Positions 40,001 to 51,988 of a stretch of 64,000 nucleotides of DNA are shown here, piece after piece. The stretch's first letter is position 1. Each line of letters starts with the position of its first letter. The notes under the pieces are model-generated. The model was not told where the DNA came from. It was given only the letters and a program-made list of their open reading frames with translations, and searched no databases. Position numbers and translations under genes: made by a program. Source of the stretch: Octopus sinensis (lineage: Eukaryota); contig NC_043006.1 of the NCBI RefSeq assembly GCF_006345805.1, forward strand, positions 75,082,001 through 75,146,000, read 5' to 3'.

Positions 40001-40494
40001 CACATACATTTATATATGATTCATGCATACTGTCTGTCTGTCTGTCTCTTTCTCTCTCTCACACACACACATACATACATACTCATTCTCTGGTGGTGAA
40101 TAAAATTTTGGCTGGATTGAATAAAAGCCTAAGAGTCCATGGGGTTTGGCTACTGAAATTTTTGCTAAATCCCTTTATAACAGAACAGCAAAAATCTGTG
40201 GATCATGCTGAAGTTGAAGCAGAAAGCAAAAATTTAGATAACTTCCTTAAAGATTATTGAAATGACTTAGAGTCTTGAGGCCTAATTATATCCACATTCT
40301 TTATGTTCAAACTGGTCAAATCTGGCTTCTTGCACCTACCCTACAATGTCATTAAAAATAAACAATTGCGTTATCACAATCTCAAAGTTACAAGACAATA
40401 TATGATTAATTCAAAACAATGTGAATGCTACAAAAAAAAAAGAATTGGTTTAAAAAAACTGGTTTAAAAAAAATAATAAGCGTATATAATATAG

Positions 40495-40785
40495 GTACAG
40501 GAGTGGCTGTGTGGTAAGTATCTTGCTTACAAACCACATGGTTCCGGGTTCAGTCCCACTGCATGGCACCTTGGGCAAGTGTCTTCTACTATAGCCTTGT
40601 GAGTGGATTTGGTAGATGGAAACTGAAAGAAGCCTGTCCTATATATGTATATGTGTATATATATCACGTGATCATGTGACTGACCAGACCATCAGATGTT
40701 GTTACACATCGCTGGTCACAATGCGTTCGCATTGTTTTAGTCTTCAAATGATGCCACCCCGCTGGCTAAGCGAGCAGGCCATGTG

Positions 40786-40854
<69 letters not shown>

Positions 40855-41065
40855 TTGTGTGTCTGTGTTTGTCCCCCCCACATCGCTTGACAACCGATGC
40901 TGGTGTGTTTACGTCCCCGTAACTTAGCGGTTCGGCAAAGAGAACGATAGAATAAGTACTAGGCTTCAAAAGAATAAGTCCCGGGGTCGATTTGCTCGAC
41001 TAAAGGTGGTGCTCCAGCATGGCCACAATCAAATGACTGAAACAGTTAAAAGAGTAAAAGAGTAA
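40495..41065 (+). mobile_element. SINE family B with a 117-bp insert (40664-40780) in its central microsatellite
   Basis: Both halves match the consensus; extra complex sequence lies between TA tracts. Confidence 0.85.
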
Positions 41066-41505
41066 AGCTGTAAATTTATTGCAAGTTTTGTGCAACTGTT
41101 GAGTCCATTTTCCTAGCGTTTCCAAGTTTAAATCTCGGTTTAAACCATATGCATTACTTCCTAAGTAAACAGAAAAATCTCTTTGATCACAGTGTCTGGA
41201 AATTTCTTGTTCAAACTCACAACCTATATATCCTTACATGTGATCTCCATGACTGCCAAACCTATCTCTCTGATTAAAAAGAAATACAAACTTTAAAGGT
41301 GTGTTTGTATCTGTAGTAGACAAACTCTTTCTCAAGTAAATTATATTAATTGTATAGCACTTAAACAGGCCATGTTCAACCTGAATGTTCTGCTGTTTTA
41401 TCTTCAAAGTGGCCAGACCAACCTCTCACGACTACCATGCAATGTCCTTCTAAAAAATACACTCACATCATTGGAATCTTGAAGCTGTAAGATAATTTAT
41501 GGTTA

Positions 41506-41718
41506 CTCTTTTACTTGTTTCAGTCATTTGACTGCAGCCATGCTGGAGCACCACCTTTAGTTGAGCAAATTGACCTCAGGACTTATTCTCTTTTAAGCCT
41601 GGTATTTATTCTATCGGTTACTTTTTGCCGAACCACTAAGTTACGGGGACGTAAACACACCAGCATCGGTCGTCAAACGATGTTGGGGAGGGGAACAAAC
41701 ACAGACACACAAACATAT

Positions 41719-41774
<56 letters not shown>

Positions 41775-41935
41775 GGATGGGCTTCTTTCAGTTTCCATCT
41801 ACCAAATCCACTCGCAAGGCTTTGGTTGGCCCGAGGCTATAATAGAAGACAGTTGCTCAAGGTGTCATGCAGTGGGATTGAACCCGGAACCATGTGGTTG
41901 GTAAGCAAGCTACTTAACACACAGCCACTCCTGCA
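41506..41935 (-). mobile_element. SINE family B
   Basis: Matches the consensus, reverse strand. Confidence 0.85.
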
Positions 41936-42209
41936 CTTATATTAATTCAAAATGATGGGAATAAATGAACGTTACATTTGATAGAGTTATCTGAATGCTA
42001 AAGAAATTGGATAATAGGTGCATGTGAGGCTGTGTGGTAACAAGTTTGCTTCCCAATCACATGGTTCTGGGTTCAGTCCCACTGTGTGGCATGTTGGATG
42101 AGTGTCTTCTACAATAGCCTCAGGCTGACCAAAGCCATGTGATTGGATTTAGTAGATCGAATCTGAAGCCTTTTTTATATATATGTGTGTGTGTGTGTCC
42201 ATCACCACC

Positions 42210-42361
42210 TATTTCTTTATTACCCACAAGGGGCTAAACATAGAGGGGACAAACAAGGACAGACATAGGTATTAAGTCGATTACATCGACCCCAGTGCGT
42301 AACTGGTACTTAATTTATCGACCCTGAAAGGATGAAAGGTAAAGTCGACCTCGGTGGAATT
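42210..42361 (-). mobile_element. 5'-truncated SINE A nested in a family B SINE
   Basis: TSD tgtccatcaccacc at 42196-42209 and 42362-42375. Confidence 0.85.
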
Positions 42362-43134
42362 TGTCCATCACCACCACTTCACAAATGGTGTTGATGTGTT
42401 TATATCCCTGTAACTTAGCGGTTTGGCAAAAGAGACTGATAGAATAAATATCAGGGTTTAAAAACGAAAAAATAATTACTGGGATTGATTCATTTGACTA
42501 AAAACTCTTTTACGGTAATGTTCCAGCATGGCTGCAGTCTAATAACTGAAGCAAGTAAAAAGTAGAAGATAAAAAGATTAATACAAAAAAATTGAAAAAA
42601 ACCGAAAAGAAACCAAAACTGCTGCAAGACATCCCAAGCTATGCGCAGCAGTTGAGCCTATTTTGATAGCTTTTTCCAAGTTTGTATATGATGAAAACTG
42701 AATTTAACTACATGCATTAATTCTTAAACAAATGAGAAAAAAATCTCAGAATGTGGTGATTTGTGGTACAAAATCACAAACCTATAACCTAGTTAATATG
42801 ATCTTCGTATTTTTTAATAACCCATTTAACTCATTGAAAAGTAATTCATGCATTAAATGTGCATTTGTACATGTATGTATGTGTGTGTGTGTGTGTTTGC
42901 ACGCGTTTGTGTGTTTGTGTATGTGTGTGTGTGTGTGTATGTGTGTGTGTGTTTGTGTGTGTGTGTGATTATTCAAATTTTATTTCAAGATTACTTGCCA
43001 GTAGAGAAAGAGAAGGGTTTGTAACATAGATCCTAAAGCTCCTTCATTTGAATTTCAACATCAACAACAAGTAAAAATAATACATTTCTAAATCCCTCAG
43101 AGAGATTTATACAGTAGTAACATGGATAAAGTGG

Positions 43135-43454
43135 TGGTATGTTGTCAACAACTTAATTGTGACACTTCCATGAAAAGGAATAATACTACTGCTATTTAAC
43201 CCTTGGACGCACCGCTTCCTGTCAGCCTTGACATATTTCCTGTGTTCTGCTAGTCCAGACTGATGACGAGCAATGACTCAGAAACTAGTCACAGGATGCT
43301 GGCTTTGATAGGTGGATGTGCTTATCTCCCCCTCTGTAAACATAAGGACACAGGAAATGTGTCAAGGCTGACAGGAAGCAGTGCTTCCTAGGGCTAAATA
43401 GTAGTAGTCTTGTTCCCTTTCATGGGACTGTCACATTAAGTTGACAACATACCA
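43135..43454. repeat. 320-bp palindromic (MITE/fold-back-like) element
   Basis: Arms 43135-43247 and 43346-43454 are imperfect reverse complements (tggtatgttgtcaac...cttcctgtcagccttgac versus gtcaaggctgacaggaag...gttgacaacatacca). Confidence 0.88.
43254..43296 (+). ncRNA. Degenerate type I hammerhead motif in the loop of a palindromic element
   Basis: tccaga CTGATGA c-gag caatga ctc-a GAA ACTAGT C acagga. Core intact with a GUC site and palindromic ACTAGT, but two A.A mismatches in stem I and a C.A mismatch in stem II. Confidence 0.55.
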
Positions 43455-43479
43455 TCAACGCCAAGGTATTTTCATTTGT

Positions 43480-44045
43480 TTGTATGTATGTATGTATGTA
43501 TGTATGTATGTATGTATGTATGTATGTGTGTGTGTGTGTGTATTGTATGTATGTATGCATGTATGTATGCATGCAGATTTGTATGTTTTGTTTTATGTGT
43601 GTATTCTCATGCATATAGTTGCATATCTAGACATGCTCATATGTATTTAAATGATAAACTTCTGGAAACTCTTACAGATTTTTACAGTTCCAGTGATGAA
43701 CTGGATCTGTGGTCTTTAAATTACCTTCTCCTTTCTGGTTTTGAGAAGCCTAATTTCTCAAGATTGGCATTTAGGCAGTGTGTTACATACCCCAGGGCCC
43801 CAATAATTACAGGTATAAACCTGAACTTGTAATCTGGATAGGGTAAATGCAAATTTCTCAGTAGTTCAGCATAGGTGTTCCCTTTTTCACTGATCTTCAG
43901 CTTTAGGTTAACATCTGCTGGGCAGCTAATTTCCACAACTATGAACCGTTTCTCTTCTCTATCCCAAATCATTACATCAGGTCTGTTGTGCTTACATTTT
44001 ATTGAGGTCTTCACTGGTACATTCCACCAGTATACCTTTGTGTGT
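43480..44045 (-). mobile_element. RLE endonuclease-domain 3' fragment with (TACA)n tail
   Basis: Minus ORF YWWNVPVKTSIKCKHNRPDVMIWDREEKRFIVVEISCPADVN...IPVIIGALG; (TACA)n on both sides. Confidence 0.85.
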
Positions 44046-44124
44046 TTGTATGTATGTATGTATGTATGTATGTATATATATATATGTATATATATATGTA
44101 TGTATGTATGATGTACATATGTAT

Positions 44125-44430
44125 GTCTGTGCAAGACCCTGCCTCAGTAAAGCTGGACTCATGAGTCATCTTCGTAGTCATAAAACGAGACAGATGAGTG
44201 ACAACCTGGCCACTGGTGGTGGTGTAACACACCATACTAATCATATCTGTCGGGCATGTGGAAGAGAGTGTAATTCGGCAGGAGGACTTAAACGACATGC
44301 AAAGGTACATGAAGCCCAGTTACAACTACAGCCGGCTATTACCAGTAAAGGTTTTAGTTGCCAATTTTGTACAAGACATTGTAGATCTTTAGTTGGGCTA
44401 AAAAGTCACATTCGATCACGGCACCAGTAA
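44125..44430 (+). mobile_element. 3' end of a LINE (RTE-like) encoding tandem C2H2 zinc fingers
   Basis: CARPCLSKAGLMSHLRSH, CRACGRECNSAGGLKRHAKVH and CQFCTRHCRSLVGLKSHIRSRH*. The CxxCxRxCxSxxGLxSH pattern is typical of RTE C-termini. Begins out of a microsatellite with no splice acceptor. Confidence 0.65.
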
Positions 44431-45193
44431 CAGTTAAGCTTCGTGCTAACATATGTATGTACCTACATATATGAGTGGATTTGGTAGATGGAAACTGGAA
44501 GCAGTATATCATGTATGTATGTACACACATGACATGCTTCTTTCAGTTTCCCTCTGCCAAATCCACTCACAAGGCCTTAATTGGCCTACACCTATAGTAG
44601 AGGATCCTTGCCCAAGCACAAGGTACTGGGCAGTGAGATTGAACCCGAAACCACATGATTTGGAAGTAAGGTTCATAATCACCCAGCTATGCTAACTTAT
44701 TTCATTCTCCTATAGGCACAAGGCTTGAAATTTTTGAGGAAATAGATTAGTTTGATTACATTAATTCCTGACCCCAGTACACAACATGTACCTATTTTAT
44801 TGACACCGAAATGATGAAAAGCAAAGTTAATCTTAGAATTTTAACTCAGAACACCATACCTAGTTGGTGAGCATATTCCTTGATGAAAGGCTGTCTAGGG
44901 TATATGGTTTCAAAATTCACTTTAAAACCATATACCTAATGAATAGCAATCATGGGGTTCCAAATGTGATCTTATTATGCAGCATCTTGGTTTGTGTCTT
45001 CTATCAGGGCCTTAGGAATGATATTGAGAAGACAGAAACAGTGAGACTGTTTGTTGGATGGACTGCAGTTGTTCTTAGGAGGCAGAGCTACTTAATCTGT
45101 TACTCTCATTAAAAGTCTTCTAAAGATACCCAAGTCATTGGGTATCTTTATCTTTTACTTACTTCAATCACTGGACTGTGGCCAAGCCAAGGT

Positions 45194-45425
45194 ACCTATT
45201 TCTTTACTACCCACAAGGGGCTACACACAGAGGAGACAAACAAGGACAAACAGATTAAATCGATTATATCAACCCCAGTGCGTAACTGGTACTTATTTAA
45301 TTGACCCTGAAAGGATGAAAGGCAAAGTCGACCTCAGCGGAACTTGAACTCAGAACGTAGCAGTAGACGAAATACTGCTAAGTATTTCCCCTGGCGTGCT
45401 AACGATTCTGCCAGCTCGCCACCTT
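45194..45425 (-). mobile_element. SINE family A, full length, nested in a family B SINE
   Basis: acctatttctttactacccacaagggg ... ctgccagctcgccacctt. Confidence 0.85.
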
Positions 45426-45842
45426 GAAGAGTTTTAGTCAAACACATCATCCCCAATACTTGCTTCTTTTTTTAAAGTTTGGTATTTATTGGTCTTTTTG
45501 GTGAATTTCTAACTTATGGGGACATAAACAAACCAGCACTAGTTGCAAGTGGTAGGAGGAGACAAGCACTGGCACAAAAGCACACACCCACACACTCACA
45601 TACTCACACACACACACACACACACATATTCACACACAGATACACATGTATATACATATTTGTATATATATATATAATATATATATATATGTATATCTAC
45701 TCCAGAGTCTTTAACTCTTATTTCTAGCAATGTAGGTGCTACCCTGCACCCTCAGTCACAATTAGTGACAATTGAATTTTTTCCTTTTTGGTTTTATATT
45801 GCATATAGCTACCTTCATTATTTTATGTATATATATATGTAT

Positions 45843-46204
45843 ATATAGAATTAAGAGACAGAACATCCATCAAAGTAATTCAATTAATAGTGAAAGATAT
45901 TATCTATAATAAAATATATATTTAAATATATTATTAATATTGTACTAAAAATCACTATACTAAATAATACACATTAAAATGACAACACGCATTTCGTAAC
46001 GATATATTCAAATCAACAATATCAAAATCGATAAACTCAAAAATTAATATTAATTCGCGTGTTGTCGTTTTGATGTGTATTATTTAGTATAGTAATTTTT
46101 CATACAATATTAATAATATATTTAATTTTATATTTTATTATAGATGATATCTTTCACTATTAATTGAATTACTTAGATGGAGGTTCTGTCTCTTAATTCT
46201 ATAT
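45843..46204. repeat. AT-rich ~360-bp fold-back element
   Basis: Arms 45843-45990 and 46057-46204 are near-perfect reverse complements (gaattaagagacagaac...gacaacacgc versus gcgtgttgtc...gttctgtctcttaattc), within TA tracts. Confidence 0.92.
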
Positions 46205-46353
46205 ACACACACATATATATATATATATATATATCGTGAAATTTGATTTACTATTACTAAATTGAGTTTGTTTTCCCCTGTTGCCTTGGAATTTTATATT
46301 CCTTACTATTAATAATAAAAATAAAAATAATAATAATAATAATAATAATAATA

Positions 46354-46903
46354 GATGCAGTACCAGGCAGTGGCTCTCATGGCTTCTGATCTTAACTGAT
46401 TGGAAGTGTTATCATGTACATTGTTTTGTCTTGGTATAAAAGATGGGCTATAGCAAATATTCTGCTCAATACCACAGATTTGCTTGTCAGTTGTTTGACC
46501 GTAACCAGTTGAGCATGTCCCTTAGTGGCTGACGATATGTGCATCTCTGATCACGAGCAGAAGTAGTGGGGGAGCATCATAGCCATGTGTTGAGAGGGAT
46601 TCTTTGGGGTTTTGAATAATTCACCTCTGGAAACATGAGTGGTTCTTTCAACATCCTTAAACAACCCTTATTCAGGGACCGTTTGAGTGGGATGGGCTAC
46701 TCAACCTGAAGAAAATTTTAACTGGGCCCCACCTGCAAGGTCATGTGCTGTTTATCTTGATATGAGATCACCATGTCGCGCACATATGGTTGTGATGCAT
46801 GTGCCTGGTGTACCTTTATCAGACGGGTAGTCATGATGGGTATATTGGGCTTCGTATATTTTACCCCAGTGTCACTTTGATGGCATGAACTGCTCTCTCA
46901 CTC
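46354..46903 (+). repeat. ~550-bp dispersed repeat family E flanked by (AAT)n (partial 46946-47134 +; full 62063-62580 -)
   Basis: gatgcagtaccaggcagtggctctcatggcttctg ... gggcttcgtatattttaccccag; reverse-complement copy at 62063-62580. Confidence 0.85.
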
Positions 46904-46947
<44 letters not shown>

Positions 46948-47134
46948 AAGGATGGGCTACAGCAAATATTCTGCTCAATACCACCGATTTGCTTGTCACT
47001 TGTTTGACCTTAACCAGTTGAGCATGTCCCTTAGTGGCTGATATATGTGCATCTCTGATCACAAGCAGTAGTGGGGGAGCATCATAGCCATGTGTTGAGA
47101 GGGATTCTTTGGGGTTTGAATAATTCACCTCTGG

Positions 47135-47668
47135 TCACTTAAACCCATGCTCCATACTTCTGAACCTTTCCCATCGAGTGAAGATGCTTCTCTATAGCAG
47201 TGTGGGAGCATTCTATTTCCTCTGCCAGTTCCCTTGTCGTTTGACGAGAATGTTCATGCAAAAGTTGGTTTAATTGCTCTTCATCAGCCTCAACTGGACA
47301 GCCAGAAGGAGGTGTGTCTTTGAGGTCAAAATTTTTGAACTTGGCATACCAATCATGAGTGGTTCTTTCATCTATGACACCCTCTCTATACACAGCACAA
47401 ATGTCACAAGCAGCTTTTGCGGTCTTAGAACCTTGATTAAAAGCCAAAAGAAGGAGATTTTAAAAAGGCTTGTGTTTCTTAACTTGGCGTTTCATTTTAA
47501 TGATCTGAAAATAAACAATAATTAACTAAAATTAACTAGGAAAAAAACAAAATAGATTCCAAAGTGATTTAAAAATAGAATTCTTGAAAAAAATAGATTC
47601 CAAAATTTAAAAACGCATTAAATTCCAAAATTTAAAAAAAACAGCGGGAACTTAGTTTGCCAACCCAA
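47135..47668 (-). mobile_element. 5' half of the same mariner family (one TIR plus N-terminal transposase)
   Basis: TIR aaaaaaacagcgggaacttagtttgccaacccaa followed by TA. Minus ORF FNQGSKTAKAACDICAVYREGVIDERT...MGKVQKYGAWV matches the 18604 element. Confidence 0.92.
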
Positions 47669-47700
47669 TATATATATATAGATATACACACACACATACA

Positions 47701-47885
47701 CGGCGATTTTTTTCCTTTGTCTTCCCTTCTCTGGATCTTACCTTCTCCTATGTTTCCGACGAAGAGCTCCGCTCGAAACATTAAACTCTCCTTCTTTCCT
47801 TCTTTCCTGAGCGTCCAATAATACTATATTTGTTCCACGTCCTCACGTTGTTGTGTTTTTTTGTGCTTTCATGTTTGGATTAAGT
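47701..47885 (+). mobile_element. ~190-bp hammerhead-bearing repeat, copy 2
   Basis: cggcgatttttttcc...gtttccgacgaagagctccgctcgaaac...cctgagcgtccaataatactatatttgttccacg...gtttggattaa, then (TA)n. Confidence 0.7.
47752..47786 (+). ncRNA. Second copy of the minimal hammerhead (ACGT changed to ACAT)
   Basis: gttt CCGACGA A gagc tcc gctc GAA ACAT T aaac; same repeat family as 14244. Confidence 0.6.
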
Positions 47886-48890
47886 ATATATATATATATA
47901 TATCTATATATATATATATATATACAGACACACACATACACACACATGCACATACACACACATGTATGTGTGTATGTATATATATATAAATATGACAGGC
48001 TTCCATATAGTTTCGATCTACTAAATTCCCTCACAAGGCATTGGTCAACATGGGACCAACAGTAGAAGAGACTTGCCCAAGGTTGCTGCACAGTGGGACT
48101 GAACCGCAAAACCACACGATTGCAATGCGAGGTTCTTAGCCACACAGCTGTGCTTACTGAAGACATGCAGCATGACTGAAACTCGGACGCTTGTGGTGGT
48201 GATGTGAACGTCTTTAACCATTTGACATATAACTATTCAGCCACACTGCGTATAATAAAACTAAAATTACCCCGGATTAAAAAGAGTAGGTCAAATTAAG
48301 AAAAGTATTATAGAAAGTCTGTCTGTTTGTTGTAAGCTTGTTTGCGCTAGTTAATTAGCAACGACAATTATATATAATTTGGCTAGGTGCCTGTTTATAG
48401 CTCGTCACAGATGGAATGCTGCTCTCATTGTATCCACTGCGGAAGGTAACAGAAAATAGACATACCTGGATTGTAATGATTAATAATAGTGTCTCATTTA
48501 CATACGCAGCATAATTGCTATGTGTGCAGATGTTGGCTGTGTGGTTAAGAAACTTGTTTTCCGACCATGTGGTCTCGGGGTCAACCCCATTGCATATCAT
48601 CTTGGGCAAATGTCTTCTATTATAGTCTCAGCTCAAGTGAAGCCTTGCTAGTGGATTTGGTAGATGGAAAGCGAAAGAAGTCCATCATATATGTGTGTGT
48701 GTGTGTGTGTGTATATATAAAAATTGTTGCTTCAAATTGGAGAATAGAATATTATAATGATATATTGTTATACATCATCATCATTTAATGTTCGTGTTCA
48801 ATGTATCACAAGAGCCGGCCAGGTCAAACACTGCACCAGACTTCTGTAACTGTTTTGGCATACATATATATATATATATACATATATATG

Positions 48891-48939
<49 letters not shown>

Positions 48940-49728
48940 TATATATAAATATATAAAAGTAGATAAATGGAACAACTATGCACCAATGTTTACTGGAAAA
49001 TAGCAATCGTAATAAATAGGACGCCATTGTATAGCTTCACTGCGTATATACACGCGTGTGTGCAACAAACATGAAAAAATTTGTCTTACCGCTAGGAAGA
49101 ACATCTGATAAATGGACAACCTAGAATTGGATAATGCAGGACCGGTTTCTGACTCTTCAAATACGTTTGGCAATATAAATTTGATTAGTCTTCATCAGCT
49201 GCATATACCGGGACAAGATTTCAAATGTTGCCACATCAATACCAGTATACTCGTCTGAACGCCAAAACGTTAACATTCATACATACATACCTACGTACGT
49301 ACGTACGTACGTTGTATGTATGTATGTATGTATGTATGTATGTATGTATGTATGTATGTATGTGCGTGTGTATGTGTGAACGTACAGCCTAGTTGTTAGG
49401 GTATCACACTCATGGTTGTTAATTAGTGGGTTCAGTTCACAAACTGAGTGGCGCACTGCGCTCTGTAGTTAAGCACTTCATTTAATGTTGCTTCAATCTT
49501 TGGGACACAAACAACATGTTTTCATTACTACACAAGTGGTGACAATGCAAAGGTGTGCTCTGATTAACATACACATTCACATACATACACCTCATGCACA
49601 TGCACGTACATACACACTTTTGTAGAGACACATTATACAACACATACATACCAGGGACATGCTGCCTAGGTGGTCGAGGTAGTCATTGCTTACCTTGAAT
49701 AAAATAAATCGATAGCAACATATATATA

Positions 49729-50158
49729 CTCTTTTACTCTTTTACTTGTTTCAGTCATTTGACTGCGGCCATGCTGGAGCAGCACCTTTTAGTCGAGTAA
49801 ATCGACCCCAGGACTTATTCTTTGTAAGCCTAGTACTTATTCTATTAGTCTCTTTTGCTGAACAGCTAAGTTTTGGGGGGCGTAAACACACCACCATCAG
49901 TTGTCAAGCAATGGTGGGGGGACAAACACGGACACACAAACATATACAAGCATACATATATATACATATATACGACGGGCTTCTTCCAGTTTCCATCTGC
50001 CAGATCCACTCACAAGGCTTTGGTCGGCTCAAGGCTATAGTAGAAGACACTTGCCCAAGGTGCCATGCAGTAGGAATGAACCCGGAACCATGTGATTGGT
50101 AAGCAAGCAACTTACCACATAGCCACTCCTGTGCCTGTCCACACAGCCACACCGGTGC

Positions 50159-50215
<57 letters not shown>

Positions 50216-50452
50216 TGTATATATGTATGTGTGTATATGTTTGCGTGTCTGTGTTTGTCCTCCCAACATCGCTTGACAACTGATGCTGGTGTGTTTGCGT
50301 CCCCATAACTTAGCAGTTCAGCAAAAGAGGCCAAGAGAATAAGTACTAGGCTTACAAAGAATAAGTTCTAGGGTTGATTTGCTCTACTAAATGTGGTGCT
50401 CCAGCATGGCCGCAGTCAAATGACTGAAACAAGTAAAAGAAATAAAAGAGAA
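49729..50452. mobile_element. Adjacent inverted SINE B pair (49729-50135 -, 50220-50452 + 3' half)
   Basis: Both match the consensus in opposite orientations. Confidence 0.85.
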
Positions 50453-50463
50453 AAGTATATATA

Positions 50464-50499
<36 letters not shown>

Positions 50500-51066
50500 C
50501 ATGTATGTATGAGAAGTGCACATAAAGTCAAATAGTCAAGATAGACCTGAGAGAATCAGTTGGAATGCCTTTGATCAAGGATTCACTCGCCTGGAACCAA
50601 ACTAAACCATAAAAAGTTTATTAAAATTTGCAAACAATATTTGCCAAAAATCACTGCTACTTTCTGTGTTATTATTCCTATCTGAAAGCCAACAGTTGAT
50701 TATCATCATCATCATCATCATCATCATTGTTTAATGTCCACCTTCCATGCTGGCATGCGTTCACAGTTTGACAGGAGCCGGCCAGGCAGGAGTCTGCACC
50801 AGACTTCTATGTCGGGTTTTTGTGGCTGGGTGCCCCTTCCTAACACCAACCACCCAGCAGAACATATAACAATATACATTGTTAAAAACAGAGTTATAAT
50901 AATATAAATATACAGCACACCTTGAGTATATGATTTCATATTTCATTCCTGGGGTCGATAAAATAAGTATCAGTTGAGTACTGGGGTCCATGTAATCAGC
51001 TCTCCCCTCCCCCAAATTTCAGGCCTTGTGCCTGTAGTAGAAAGGATTATTATTATTATTAAATTA

Positions 51067-51460
51067 GTAGGAGTGGCTGTGTGGTAAGTAGCTTGCTTAC
51101 GAACCACATAGTCCCGGGTTCAGTCCCACTGCGTGGTACCTTCAACTATAGCCTCAGGCTGACCAAAGCCTTGAATGGATTTGGTAGACAGAAACTGGAA
51201 GAAGCCCATCGTATATATGTATATATATGTATGTATGTTTGTGTATCTGTGTTTGTACCCCCACCATCACTTGACAACTGATGCTGGTGTGGTGTGGTTA
51301 CGAACCCCGTAACTTAGCAGTTTGGCAAAAGAGCCCAATAGAATAAGTAATAGGCTTACAAAGAATAAGTCTTGGGATTGATTTGCTTGACTAAAGGCAG
51401 TGCTCCAGCATGGCCACAGTCAGATGACTGAAACAAGTAAAAGGAGTAAAAAAAGAGTAA
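51067..51460 (+). mobile_element. SINE family B
   Basis: Matches the consensus. Confidence 0.82.
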
Positions 51461-51754
51461 ATATTTATTTATTTAATCATTTTATTTTATCATTTCATTA
51501 TATATAACCTCCTCCACACTTTATGTCTGTCTTTGTATTGTCCCCCTCATCCGTCACCCTGCTAGCAAGTAAATGAAATTGTTGTTATTATTATTATTAA
51601 CAAGGCAATGAGCTGGCAGAATCATTAACATGCCAAGCAAAATGCTTGGTGACGCTTCATCCATGTTTTATGTTCTGAATTCAAATTCCACTGTGGCTGA
51701 TTTTGCCTTACATCCTTTCGGGCATTGATAAAATAAGTACCAGTTGAACCCTAA

Positions 51755-51988
51755 GGCGGCAAGCTGGCAGAATCGTTAGCACGCCGGGCGAAATGCGTAG
51801 CCGTATTTTGTCTGCTGTTACGTTCTGAGGTCAAATTCCACCGAGGTCGACTTTGCCTTTCATCCTTTCGGGGTCGATTAAATAAGTACCAGTTACGCAC
51901 TGGGGTCGATATAATCAACTTAATCCGTTTGTCTGTCCTTGTTTGTCCCCTCCATGTTTAGCCCCTTGTGGGCAATAGGGAAATAATA
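51755..51988 (+). mobile_element. SINE family A, full length
   Basis: ggcggcaagctggcagaatcgttagcacgccgggcg ... ccccttgtgggcaataggg. Confidence 0.85.

Noticed and set aside
40170-40260. Possible SLC12 exon 2 (EQQKSVDHAEVEAESK...)
   Set aside because: Weak acceptor, no clear donor before the stop, and no recognisable SLC12 similarity.
49163-49203. Minus-strand CTGATGAA...CAAACGTA motif
   Set aside because: G12 is absent and stem I is unpaired; too degenerate to call.
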